Positions 1-10,258 of a stretch of 64,000 bases of DNA are shown here, in pieces. The first letter of the stretch is position 1. The number at the start of each line of letters is the position of its first letter. The position numbers and the translations under genes were made by a program. Where the stretch lies: NCBI GenBank assembly GCA_963668675.2, contig CAXXMB010000002.1:576001-640000 (forward strand), read 5' to 3'. The notes under the pieces are model-generated. The model saw only the letters and a program-made list of their open reading frames with translations. It was not told where the DNA came from and searched no databases. The DNA is from an uncultured Desulfatitalea sp. Its GTDB lineage: Bacteria > Desulfobacterota > Desulfobacteria > Desulfobacterales > Desulfosarcinaceae.

Positions 1-764
<764 letters not shown>

Positions 765-1003
765 TCACTTTTGATGAGGCAAGCCTCATTGGGAATAAAA
801 GAAGTTTAGGAAACCATATTCGCAGAATGTTGGCAAGGCCAAAATGAAACCTTTTGACCTTGGGAAAACCAGTAAATACGGTAACAAAGTTACATAAGGG
901 ATCTCAAACGGCACACATCTCTCCCCTGTTTCACGGCGTTTATTGGGCCGGCTTGAAAAGCACGTCCTGTGTTGATATAAATGTGTTTCAACCCTGCCCG
1001 GTA

Positions 1004-1045
1004 TTTGCAACCATAGACCTTGACGTTGGCAGCTTTGCAACCATA
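1004..1045. promoter_or_regulatory. Direct repeat TTTGCAACCATA x2 (30-bp spacing) in the divergent promoter region upstream of PFOR; candidate TF sites
   Basis: Exact 12-mers at 1004-1015 and 1034-1045. A palindrome GTAAC-AAA-GTTAC also lies at 881-893. Confidence 0.35.
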
Positions 1046-1164
1046 TATTGGTTTTAACCCGTTATTCTGGCACATTAGAAAAACAGACCCGGCGGCCACA
1101 CTGCCCAGAGCGAACGCAATCGGATCGCGCCCGTAGACAACGCCCATCGATAGAGGATTGTACG

Positions 1165-1350
1165 ATGAGTAAAATAGACGACGACCAAAACGGCGAGTGC
1201 ATCTCCGCCTTTATCCCCAAAGCCCTGTTCGAAAGGGTGGAGGTCATCTGCAAGTCCAAGGGCTTGAATCCCAAAGAGTTTATTTTCGATGCCATCAGTG
1301 AAAAATTGGCCAACATGCACAAAGAGAAACGCAAAAAGCCAAGACTCTAA
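1165..1350 (+). CDS. Small protein (61 aa), possible ribbon-helix-helix DNA-binding protein
   Basis: GAGG RBS then ATG at 1165. ISAFIPKALFERVEVICKSKGLNPKEFIFDAISEKL fits the beta-strand/helix/G-turn/helix pattern of CopG/RHH proteins, with a basic tail. Confidence 0.6.
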   Translation: MSKIDDDQNGECISAFIPKALFERVEVICKSKGLNPKEFIFDAISEKLANMHKEKRKKPRL

Positions 1351-1428
1351 CCCTTGCTTTAACAGCAACATCCACGGAAAGCACTTAATGTGAAAGCTCA
1401 AGATGAATATAATCGATGAAATACCTGC

Positions 1429-1461
1429 ACTTCAAACTTCCTACTTTCCACTTTAAACTCC
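1429..1461. repeat. Degenerate heptamer tandem array (ACTTYHH)n
   Basis: acttcaa-acttcct-actttcc-actttaa-actcc. Confidence 0.6.
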
Positions 1462-1749
1462 GTCGCGAAGCGGCGATTAGGAATTGACAGCCACTGTCGA
1501 TTCCATTAACATTATGTCATTCGTCACAGTGCAGTTTCTTCTCTCCTCAGCGGCTCCAGCTTAGACATCGAGCCCTTCGCGATATCTCTTTCAGATCGTT
1601 TTGCGAACCATTGGACGCCGGAAAAGACAAGTCTTCTTAGCGCCAACTCCTTGATCACGCTTTTGAATCAGTCAATGGCGAATGGTCACTGCTTGTGGCC
1701 CATCTTTCAACCATCCCGGCCGCCAGTGCCGGGGCGAAAGGAGGTCGTC

Positions 1750-1941
1750 ATGAAATTCAGCGACTTGTTTGTCCCCCGTTGGCAGAACTCCAACCCCAAT
1801 GTCCGTATCAGGGCGGTTGAGAGGATAAGCGACATATCCCTGCTCAGACAGTTGGCCGAAAAAGACGAGCATCCCATGGTCCGCGATATCGCTGCTGACA
1901 GGCTCGCAAAACTGGTTGCAACGGAAAAGATAACTGAATAG
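1750..1941 (+). CDS. Small hypothetical protein (63 aa) with a HEAT-like helical pair
   Basis: Strong AAGGAGG RBS. MKFSDLFVPRWQNSNPNVRIRAVERISDISLLRQLAEKDEHPMVRDIAADRL shows two PxVR..A HEAT-like motifs. Confidence 0.7.
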   Translation: MKFSDLFVPRWQNSNPNVRIRAVERISDISLLRQLAEKDEHPMVRDIAADRLAKLVATEKITE

Positions 1942-2122
1942 GCGCTCCCAATTGCTTATTGCAGAACGACATAAAGGCAGCGGCAATGGTTGCCACCACG
2001 GCGCTGCGCCAAGGATCTGTTGCGTCCTGTGAGCCACGTCTTCTGTCATCGAGCCATTTGACAATATAGCCCCGATAGCGTATCTGCATCCAGCAACCTC
2101 CTAACGGACAAGGCCTGTACCC

Positions 2123-3445
2123 ATGGAACCCGAATTGATTTACAGCACGCCTTTTCTTTTTGCTTCACTCTCCATCTTCATCGTGGCCCTTTTCACTTTT
2201 GCAAAGCACAAAACGCAGGGTGCCTGGACACTCGTGATCCTCTGCCTGGCGGGCTCTTTATGGACGGCCAGTGAAGGCATGCTCTACCTGGGCTTCGCTA
2301 CAGAAACCAATTTACTGATCACCTATATCCAGTATCTGGGTATCGCCTCCATCATACCGCTGACACTGATCTTCATACTCTCCGTCTTCGGATTTCAACG
2401 GTGGATCAACCCAACCAGCGTTTCACTGCTCATGGCCATAGCCGCCTCTATCATACTGCTGGTTTGGACCAACCCATTGCACCACAAGGTCTTCAGCAGT
2501 CACTTTCGCATCGAAAACGGCCCCGTTCCAATGCTCGGACTGGAACACGGCTATGTCTGGTGGATGATCATCGGGTACCATTACGCGCTGACGGCGTTGA
2601 TGGGCGCCATACTGCTCTGGACGGCGATCAAATCTACAGGACACCGCCGCTCCCAGGCCATCGTCGTTCTGGCCGCCGTCGGTGTGGTCTGGGTGGCCAA
2701 CGCCGTTTACGTGACCGGCAAAAGTCCGGTACCCAATATGGACCTCGGGCCACTGGCGTTCATATTGGTAGCCATATCCCTGAGCTGGGGCTTCTTCAGA
2801 TACCACCTGCTCGATCTTCTGCCCATCGCCAAGGCGGAAATCTTCATGGCACTGAGTGACCCGATCTTTGTGATCGATGGCAAAAACCGCGTTCTGGAAA
2901 TCAATCCTGCGGCCGAAACGCTTTTCGACCTAAAGGCCTCCGACGTCATTGCCAGGGATATCGACCTTCTGTCCGGTGAGCACCCCCAATTGAAAGCGGT
3001 GGCCCAACCCTCCATCGCCGAGGCGGTCAGCCTGCAGTTGAATAACGAGAAGCGCCATTTCGACCTGCGCACATCCCTCCTCAAAGACAAAAGAGGAGAA
3101 CAGATTGGGCGGGTCGTAATCGTTCATGATATCACCGAGCGCGAACGGGCCAACGAGGCCACCCTCGAAAGCGAACGCTTGCAAGGTGTGCTGGAGATGG
3201 CCGGGGCCGTGTGCCATGACCTTAGCCAACCGGTCATGGCCCTGCTCGGCTATTCAGACCTGATCTGCAAAGCCATCACCGATGGCGACCCGCTATACAC
3301 CAAGGCCATCAAGCTCAGCGAGCAATCAAAACGCCTGAAGGAAACGACCCACAAGTTGATGCGCATCACCCGATATGAAACCCGCAAATATCTGGGCAAC
3401 ACCATCGTGGATATCGATAAGTCGTCAGCCCAGAACGAATCGTAG
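2123..3445 (+). CDS. HisKA_7TM membrane sensor with PAS and H-box (DHp) but no HATPase domain
   Basis: About 7 hydrophobic segments, PAS (DPIFVIDGKNRVLEINPAAE), H-box GAVCHDLSQP, and the protein ends about 75 aa later. Confidence 0.85.
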   Translation: MEPELIYSTPFLFASLSIFIVALFTFAKHKTQGAWTLVILCLAGSLWTASEGMLYLGFATETNLLITYIQYLGIASIIPLTLIFILSVFGFQRWINPTSVSLLMAIAASIILLVWTNPLHHKVFSSHFRIENGPVPMLGLEHGYVWWMIIGYHYALTALMGAILLWTAIKSTGHRRSQAIVVLAAVGVVWVANAVYVTGKSPVPNMDLGPLAFILVAISLSWGFFRYHLLDLLPIAKAEIFMALSDPIFVIDGKNRVLEINPAAETLFDLKASDVIARDIDLLSGEHPQLKAVAQPSIAEAVSLQLNNEKRHFDLRTSLLKDKRGEQIGRVVIVHDITERERANEATLESERLQGVLEMAGAVCHDLSQPVMALLGYSDLICKAITDGDPLYTKAIKLSEQSKRLKETTHKLMRITRYETRKYLGNTIVDIDKSSAQNES

Positions 3446-3496
3446 CGGCCGCCCCTTATCACAACAGGGTCGGCCCAAACCCGGTGAGCGTTGAGC

Positions 3497-4831
3497 ATGT
3501 ACCCCAAGATGATCTACAGTTCACCCTTTTTCATCGCCGCCCTTTTCATCCTCATCGTGGCCCTGGCCGCCTATCGCCGCCGTAAAATTAGAGGGGCCTG
3601 GTATCTGGCACTGGTGTGCCTGTCAGGCGCCGTTTGGGCCGCCTTCGAGGGCATGCTCTACCTGGGGCTGGGAATCGATGCGGATATGCTGCTCACCTAC
3701 GCCCAGTATCTCGGCGCTGCCCCACTTGTCACACTGGCGCTCTGCTTCTCTCTGACGGTCTTTGGCTTCGAGCACTGGATCAATCGGAAGACCACCGTCA
3801 TCCTCGTGCTCATGCCCCTCGCCATCCTGGTGTCGGCATGGACAGATCCGCTCCACCACCTCGTCTACAAAGACTACTACCTGATCGGCAGTAACCACAT
3901 CCCCATACGCGCGATTGAACGGGGCCCTCTCTGGTGGGGCATCATCGGCTGTCAATATCTGCAAGCATTGGCGCTCACTGTGCTTCTGGCATACATCGTC
4001 GCCACGTCGACCAGAGTACTTCGCGCCCAGGCAAGCATTATCCTGGCAGCCGTCGGTATCGTCTGGGGCATCAACGGCATCTACGTGACCGGCAACAGCC
4101 CGATGCCCCATATGGACATCAGCCCATTGGCCTTTATCCTGGTGGCCATATCCATGGCCTGGGGATTCTTTCGCTACCATCTGCTCGATCTTTCGCCCGT
4201 TGCTAAAGCGGAAATCTTCCAGGGAATCAGCGACCCGATCCTCGTCATCGACAACAACCACACCCTGATGGAACTCAATCCAGCTGCCGAGGCCCTCTTC
4301 GATATTCGTGCATCAGCTGCCATCGGCCGAAGCATCCTGCCGTTGATGGAGGGCCGGGCGGAGCGGGATACCGCTTCCGGCGAGTATCCGGATCAGTTGG
4401 TCCGCCTCTGGCACAATGGGGAAGAACACCCTTTCGAAATCCACACGACGCCGCTGCAGGGCAAAGAGCACACTCCCATGGGCCACATTATCATCTTCCG
4501 GGATATCACGGCACGCCAGAACGCAGAGCGCGCAGAGCGGCACAATGAGCGCCTGCAAGGGGTGATAGAGATGGCCGGGGCCGTCTGCCACGACATGAAC
4601 CAGCCGGTGATGGCCATGATGGGTTATGCGGAGTTGATGCGCATGCGAATACCCAAGGAGAATCCGTTGTTCATGCAAACCGCCAAACTCGCCGAGCAGG
4701 CGGAACGACTGAGCGAGATCAGCAAGAAGCTGATGAACATCACCCGCTATGCCACCAAAGAGCACCAGGGCCATCAGATCATCGACATCGACGTAGCATC
4801 TTCAAATAAGGAGAAGCAGATCGATCCCTGA
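3497..4831 (+). CDS. HisKA_7TM membrane sensor with PAS and H-box, tandem paralog, no HATPase domain
   Basis: Same architecture and shared motifs as 2123..3445 (EGMLYLG, WGFFRYHLLDL, ERLQGV.EMAGAVCHD). ATG at 3497 within ORF 3491..4831. Confidence 0.85.
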   Translation: MYPKMIYSSPFFIAALFILIVALAAYRRRKIRGAWYLALVCLSGAVWAAFEGMLYLGLGIDADMLLTYAQYLGAAPLVTLALCFSLTVFGFEHWINRKTTVILVLMPLAILVSAWTDPLHHLVYKDYYLIGSNHIPIRAIERGPLWWGIIGCQYLQALALTVLLAYIVATSTRVLRAQASIILAAVGIVWGINGIYVTGNSPMPHMDISPLAFILVAISMAWGFFRYHLLDLSPVAKAEIFQGISDPILVIDNNHTLMELNPAAEALFDIRASAAIGRSILPLMEGRAERDTASGEYPDQLVRLWHNGEEHPFEIHTTPLQGKEHTPMGHIIIFRDITARQNAERAERHNERLQGVIEMAGAVCHDMNQPVMAMMGYAELMRMRIPKENPLFMQTAKLAEQAERLSEISKKLMNITRYATKEHQGHQIIDIDVASSNKEKQIDP

Positions 4832-4867
4832 CCCATCAACCTCCTGAAAGCAAGGGGAGAGAAGCTA

Positions 4868-6049
4868 TCAAGCCGTTGGCCCTGCTGCATCGTTTGCAGG
4901 GAGGCGCAGAAGAAGAGCGGCAGCAAATATCATGAGTGCTGAAAGACACCATAAAGCGACCATAAAGCCGCCGGTCACGTCGAAAACCAAGCCCGCCGCC
5001 AAAGGCGCCAGCGCCGCTGGGACATTGGCCGAAAAGAGCATGCCGTAGACCCGGCCCACGGCGTCATTGCCCCATCGGTGAGCCACACTCGACGCGTAGA
5101 GCACCAGCACACCGCCATAATTGAAACCGGAGAGCACCGCAAAGAGAATCAGGCCTCTCTCGGACACCAAGGTCCAGGGGGCGAGCAGAAAGACTGTGGC
5201 CTGGAAGAGAAGGTTCGCGTTTACCGCAAAGCCGCCCCTGAAACGGTCAAAGAACCACCCCCAGGCAATGCGTCCGGCCGCATTGGCCAAAGCAAAAGCC
5301 GACACCGCATTCACGCCGGCCGCCAGACGCGATCCGGCCAACAGCTCCTTAAGGTTGGCATTGACCGTGAATCCCGCAGCCAAACCAAACCCCATGGCCA
5401 GATAGAGCAGGCGAAATCCGGGCATGGCGATGACGTCGCGCCACCCCACCCCGCGAGTTGCGACCGGCCGCCTCCCAGGCGGATCCTGCATGCACCATCC
5501 GGCAAGCGGGACCAAAACGACAAACAGAAGGCCCAAGACCTGGAACGTCTGGAAGGGCGTCATACCATAAACACGCATCAGATAGGCGCCAACCTGGCTC
5601 ACCAGGGCGGCGCCGCCTCCGAAACCGGCCACAGCAATCCCGGTCACCAGCCCCTTGCGTTCGGGAAACCAGCGGATGCACGTGGCAATGGGAACGATAT
5701 AGGCAAACCCTACACCGATACCGGCCAGCAGGCCAATACCCAGGACGGTAAAACCGAAATGGGTACCGCCCCATCCGGCCAGCAGCCAGCCGCCACCGAA
5801 CAGGAAACCGCCGGCAACCGCACAGCGCCGGGGTCCCAATCGCGGCAGCCACTGCCCAGTGAAGATCATGGTGAGGGGAAAAGCAAAGTAAAAGAGTGTA
5901 AACGGTAATTGCACCGGGCCCTGCAGCAGACCGGTGATGGTCTTCAAAGGTTGAACGTAGACCGACCAAGAATAGGTCGCCCCCAAACAGATCTGCATCA
6001 CCACCGAGGCGACAAGAATCACATAGCGGAACATGGATTTACTTTCCAA
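4868..6049 (-). CDS. MFS transporter, oxalate/formate (OFA)/monocarboxylate type; probable L-lactate transporter
   Basis: 12-TM pattern, YSWSVY and RWFPERKGLVTGIAVAGFGGG motifs. Last gene of the lactate-utilisation operon. Start may be ATG at 6034. Confidence 0.85.
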   Translation of the reverse strand: MESKSMFRYVILVASVVMQICLGATYSWSVYVQPLKTITGLLQGPVQLPFTLFYFAFPLTMIFTGQWLPRLGPRRCAVAGGFLFGGGWLLAGWGGTHFGFTVLGIGLLAGIGVGFAYIVPIATCIRWFPERKGLVTGIAVAGFGGGAALVSQVGAYLMRVYGMTPFQTFQVLGLLFVVLVPLAGWCMQDPPGRRPVATRGVGWRDVIAMPGFRLLYLAMGFGLAAGFTVNANLKELLAGSRLAAGVNAVSAFALANAAGRIAWGWFFDRFRGGFAVNANLLFQATVFLLAPWTLVSERGLILFAVLSGFNYGGVLVLYASSVAHRWGNDAVGRVYGMLFSANVPAALAPLAAGLVFDVTGGFMVALWCLSALMIFAAALLLRLPANDAAGPTA

Positions 6050-8192
6050 AACGCTCGACCAACGCCTCAGCCAGGTGTTTTACTTCCATCCGCATCCCCT
6101 TGCGCTTTGCACCGCCCCGCAACTGCATCACGCAACCGGGACACTCAGTGATCAATATAGAGGCGCCGGTCTGCGCCGCATCGGCCAGCTTTCTGGAGAG
6201 TATTTCCGCTGAGATCTCCGGAAACTTAGCCGAATAGGTCCCCCCGAACCCGCAGCAGGTCTCCTCCTCCTCGGCCGCCACGAACCGATACCCGGCCCGC
6301 TTGATGATCGCTTTGGGAGCCGATCGAACACCCAGCCCCCGGCAGAGATGGCAGGGGGCGTGATAGGTTACCGCTGGCCCGGAAGCGTTGAACTCCGTCT
6401 CTGCACTATCGGAGATCTGGTCGAGCAGTTCGCTGATCGGGTGCACCTTAGCGGAAAAATCAGCCACGGCCCCCCCCATCCCCTTGTCACCGGCCAACAT
6501 TCGGGGATATGCCTTCTTCAGGTGGGAGGCACACGAGGCGCACAAGGTCACGATGGCATCGTACCGGTCAGGGCTCATCGCCGCCACGTTTTGGCGGGCC
6601 ACCTCCAGGGCGGCTACCTGCTCGCCCATCATCGCCACCGGCAGGCCGCAGCATGTTTGCGCCATGGGGAAATCCACATCAACGCCGTGGGCGGCCAGCA
6701 GTCGAACCCCGGCGACCAACTGCTCCGGGTAGACGAAGTCCTGGACGCATCCGGCAAAGAGAGCCACCTTAAGCCGCGGTGACGCTACCTTCTGCCGGAC
6801 CGCTGACCACTGGTCCCGAAACGAGTGTCTGGCAATTGCCGGCAAGGCGCGGAAATCATGCTGCCTCGAAAAGATGTGGGGCAGATGACGCAGGTATTGC
6901 GTCTCATCGGTCAACGGCCGCTGGGCCACTTGGGCCGATCGCAGCAAGGTATGAAAGAGGCGTCTGTGCTTCAGCACCAGCGACAGCATCAGGCTGGGCA
7001 GCGGGTGACCCTCTTCGTCCTGGATGCGGGCATGCACCTCCTTGATCAGTTGCGGTAACTCAATCCCGGCAGCACACACACTCTGGCAGGCGCCGCAGTT
7101 GATACAGTTCTGAACCAGGTTTCGCGCCTTGTCGCGGCCATGGAAAAAGTAGGTAACGATCAGCCCGATGGCCCCGATGTAGATATGGCCGTAGCGATGT
7201 CCGCCCACCATACGATAGACCGGGCACACATTGGCGCAGGCGCCACAGCGGACGCAACGCAGCACCTGGGAAAAAATCGGATCGGCGGCCAGAGCGCGGC
7301 GGCCATTGTCCAGAAAAACGATGTGCATCCGCTTGCCGTCCGCCACTTCGCCGCCATATTCGGTCGGGCCGGTGATCCAGGTGACATAGGAGGTCAATGC
7401 CTGCCCCGTGGCGTTGCGCGGCAGCACCCGCAAGATGGCGAGCGCCTCGTCGAGGGTGGCAACCAGTTTGTCCAGGCCGACCAGAGCGACATGCACTCTC
7501 GGCAGGGTGGTCACCAGGCGGGCGTTGCCCTCGTTGGTGACCAGGCCGATGGTGCCGGTGTCGGCAATGGCGAAGTTGGCACCGGAGATACCCATATCGG
7601 CCTCGACGAACTTCTGCCTCAGCTCGCGTCGTGCAACCTTTACGAGGCGCTCGATCTCAGCGTCCTGGTCCTTTCCGGTCACCTGGCTGAACAGGTCGGC
7701 CACCTGGTGGCGGGAGAGATGGATGGCCGGCATCACCATGTGCGAAGGGCCTTCGTGACGCAGCTGAATAATCCACTCCCCCAGGTCGGTCTCGGTCACC
7801 GTAAGCCCCTCCGCCTCCAGGTGGTGGTTCAGGAGGGTCTCTTCGGCCGTCATCGATTTGGACTTGATGATCTTCTCGACCTGGTTGGTGCGCGCGATGT
7901 CGGCAATGATACGGTTGGCCTCACCGGCGTCGGCGGCCAGATGAACCGTGATGCCGGCGGCCTCCGCCTTGGTTTTAAACAGCCGATAGAGCCGGTCCAG
8001 ATCGCCCAGGGCGGCATCCTTGATTTTCGCCACGCGGTCAATCAACGCATCCGTATCCATGCCGTCAAAGGCGTTGGCCCGCGAGGTACGGTAGGCCACG
8101 GCAAACTTGTCCATGGCTTCGCGCAGGAATCCGTTGCCCAGGGCCTGGTCGACCTCCCGACGATACGCTTTTAGCGTTGCAGCTTCCTGCAT
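6039..8192 (-). CDS. ldhH: L-lactate dehydrogenase large Fe-S subunit (LutB/LldF domain fused to CCG domains; LdhH type)
   Basis: KSKSMTAEE, ETDLGEWIIQL, PSHMVMPAIH, CVRCGACANVCP, CINCGACQSVC, and two CCG domains. Confidence 0.9.
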   Translation of the reverse strand: MQEAATLKAYRREVDQALGNGFLREAMDKFAVAYRTSRANAFDGMDTDALIDRVAKIKDAALGDLDRLYRLFKTKAEAAGITVHLAADAGEANRIIADIARTNQVEKIIKSKSMTAEETLLNHHLEAEGLTVTETDLGEWIIQLRHEGPSHMVMPAIHLSRHQVADLFSQVTGKDQDAEIERLVKVARRELRQKFVEADMGISGANFAIADTGTIGLVTNEGNARLVTTLPRVHVALVGLDKLVATLDEALAILRVLPRNATGQALTSYVTWITGPTEYGGEVADGKRMHIVFLDNGRRALAADPIFSQVLRCVRCGACANVCPVYRMVGGHRYGHIYIGAIGLIVTYFFHGRDKARNLVQNCINCGACQSVCAAGIELPQLIKEVHARIQDEEGHPLPSLMLSLVLKHRRLFHTLLRSAQVAQRPLTDETQYLRHLPHIFSRQHDFRALPAIARHSFRDQWSAVRQKVASPRLKVALFAGCVQDFVYPEQLVAGVRLLAAHGVDVDFPMAQTCCGLPVAMMGEQVAALEVARQNVAAMSPDRYDAIVTLCASCASHLKKAYPRMLAGDKGMGGAVADFSAKVHPISELLDQISDSAETEFNASGPAVTYHAPCHLCRGLGVRSAPKAIIKRAGYRFVAAEEEETCCGFGGTYSAKFPEISAEILSRKLADAAQTGASILITECPGCVMQLRGGAKRKGMRMEVKHLAEALVERFGK

Positions 8193-8821
8193 CAGTCGTC
8201 CTCCATCAAAAGAATGTGAAGTTCCAGCGGCCCATGCACCCCTATGGCCAGGACACGCTCGATATCCGCCGTCCGGCTCGCGCCGGTGATAAAGGACAGA
8301 TAGGCGGCAGCCCCCTCCATCATCCCGCGAAGTTCGGATGTCAGCTGGTCTGCCGTGGCCCGAATTCTCGATATGGGCAGCAGGGCCACATGAATCTCGC
8401 TGATCATGCTGGCCAGACGCACGGCTTCGCTGCGCGAATCGATCACCAGGGTACCGGTTTCGGCAATGCCGTAATCGGCCAGGGTCAAACCGATATCGAT
8501 GCCGGCAAGATGGCGGCGTAACGGCTGGTCGGTCAGCACGATTCCCCGCTGATCACAGGTCTCTTTCAAAGTGCTCCAGTGGTCGACGGGCAGATTGGGG
8601 GCGGCCATGACCTTCTGCTGTTTCAGATCACAGAGCCGGTCGGCTTCGATCGAGAGGGGCTGTTCGCAACCCGAAGCGAGCAGTTCACACGCCTCCTTGC
8701 GCACGCACAAATCCACGGTGTACTCCAGAGCCTGGGCCAGACCGGCGACCCTGCCGACAACGGCAGAGACGGTCCGGGCACCGGCCTCGAATTGATGGAC
8801 AAGTTGATCGGATGATAACAT
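8192..8821 (-). CDS. lutC: Lactate utilisation protein C (LUD domain; LutC/LldG)
   Basis: GIAETGTLV...FITGASRTADIERVLAIGVHGP motif. GGAGG RBS before ATG 8821. Stop overlaps ldhH start. Confidence 0.9.
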   Translation of the reverse strand: MLSSDQLVHQFEAGARTVSAVVGRVAGLAQALEYTVDLCVRKEACELLASGCEQPLSIEADRLCDLKQQKVMAAPNLPVDHWSTLKETCDQRGIVLTDQPLRRHLAGIDIGLTLADYGIAETGTLVIDSRSEAVRLASMISEIHVALLPISRIRATADQLTSELRGMMEGAAAYLSFITGASRTADIERVLAIGVHGPLELHILLMEDD

Positions 8822-8889
8822 GCACAACCTCCACAGCTCTCTTTCCGAAAGTTGAGGGCGCTGTCATCCAAAGGTGGCGGGGACAGCTC

Positions 8890-10038
8890 CTATCCTTTAC
8901 GGCGAGCGGGAATGGTCACAATGCGTTCGCCTTCGAGAAGCGATATCGCATTTTCAGGGCAAAAGGCGGCGCACACCCCGCACCCGATGCAGTGATCTTC
9001 GGTTCTGCGGGCCTTGCCGTCCTCGCCGAGATACGCCGCACCGGTATGGCAATTCTCCACGCAGGTGCCGCACCCGGTGCACAGCTCCGTATCGATAACG
9101 GCCAAGTATTGGGTCACATTTCTCACCGCGGAGATCGAGTTATCCACCGAATTGCCGCAGCAGCAGCGGCAGCAGTTGCAGATGCTGGTCTCTTCCCGGC
9201 CGGTGTCGAAATTGGGGTGGTAGGCCTTGTGCACCAGACCGGCCGCCTCGGAGCGCCGCAGCACATCGATCGCCTCCTGCTTGGTGATCATGCGCGCAAA
9301 CCCCTGCTCCGAGGTATAACGCGCCGATTTGCCAAAGGTAAAGCACGCCTCCCGCTCGTCCGTCTGTTTGCACGGGCGCCCCAGCAGGTCCTTGTGGTGA
9401 CGGCAGAAACAATACCCCAGGGCGATCTCATCGAACTTGTCGATGATCGTCTCCACCTCCTGGGCCGGAAGGATGCGTTCCAGCGGCGCCTCGAACGACG
9501 CGTTGACCACAATCTTGATCCGGTTGCCCGTGGCCTTGTTCTCGGCAAAGGGGACGGTGCGGTCGACCGGCGGGGCCTTCATCAGCAGCGGCATGATCTG
9601 GTCGTAATTCTGTTGCACCAACTCGGAAAGCCCCTCAAAGAGCTGTCTGAAAAGCTCACTGATCTCCCGGCTGCGCTCATTGTCCTCGAGTTTCCCCATG
9701 AAGGTGTACTCAAACATCCCCACATTCAACAGGGGCAACAGACGATAGACCATCACCCCTGCACTGTTGGGTTGGTTGAAGATCACCCCACGGGCGGCAA
9801 GGGCTTTCGTCTTCTCGAGAATCTCCTCCTCCGTAAGCCCTGTGCTCTGCTTGAGCTGCTCCATGGTCTGCGACTTCTGGTCGTTAAAAACCGCCACAAA
9901 GTCCAGTTCATCTTCCATGATAAAATAGGTCAACAGCTTCAAGAGGGTGTCGCTGGTCGGAATGGGCGACCCGCCGGCCTTGCTGATGGCGGTCGCCACA
10001 ATGTTATACCTGTCGTCGATGCTCTTTTCCAGGGTCAT
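8890..10038 (-). CDS. 4Fe-4S dicluster domain-containing protein with an extra Cys-rich cluster
   Basis: CFCR...C...C, CNCCRCCC and two ferredoxin motifs (CTGCGTCVENC, CIGCGVCAAFC). GGGAG RBS before ATG 10038. Confidence 0.85.
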   Translation of the reverse strand: MTLEKSIDDRYNIVATAISKAGGSPIPTSDTLLKLLTYFIMEDELDFVAVFNDQKSQTMEQLKQSTGLTEEEILEKTKALAARGVIFNQPNSAGVMVYRLLPLLNVGMFEYTFMGKLEDNERSREISELFRQLFEGLSELVQQNYDQIMPLLMKAPPVDRTVPFAENKATGNRIKIVVNASFEAPLERILPAQEVETIIDKFDEIALGYCFCRHHKDLLGRPCKQTDEREACFTFGKSARYTSEQGFARMITKQEAIDVLRRSEAAGLVHKAYHPNFDTGREETSICNCCRCCCGNSVDNSISAVRNVTQYLAVIDTELCTGCGTCVENCHTGAAYLGEDGKARRTEDHCIGCGVCAAFCPENAISLLEGERIVTIPARRKG

Positions 10039-10258
10039 TAAAGATCTCCCGCTGATGTTGGACGCAATGGGATGCCGGATCCGTTGCAAGGGTTGCTGTG
10101 ATCTGAAATCACTATTGGCGAACGAGCGTTCACTTTAGGACCTGAAAGCTCGATGAATCAACCCAATTTTCCCGTTGAAACGCACGGTGCCGGTAAAAAT
10201 CGATTCATACGCACTCTGGACCATCCGTTTTATAACATGTTGAATAAACGCCATCTCC

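Noticed and set aside
10064..10082. Possible sigma-54 promoter for the lactate operon (CCGGCATCCCATTGC on the - strand)
   Set aside because: GG-to-GC spacing is 9 nt rather than the strict 10.
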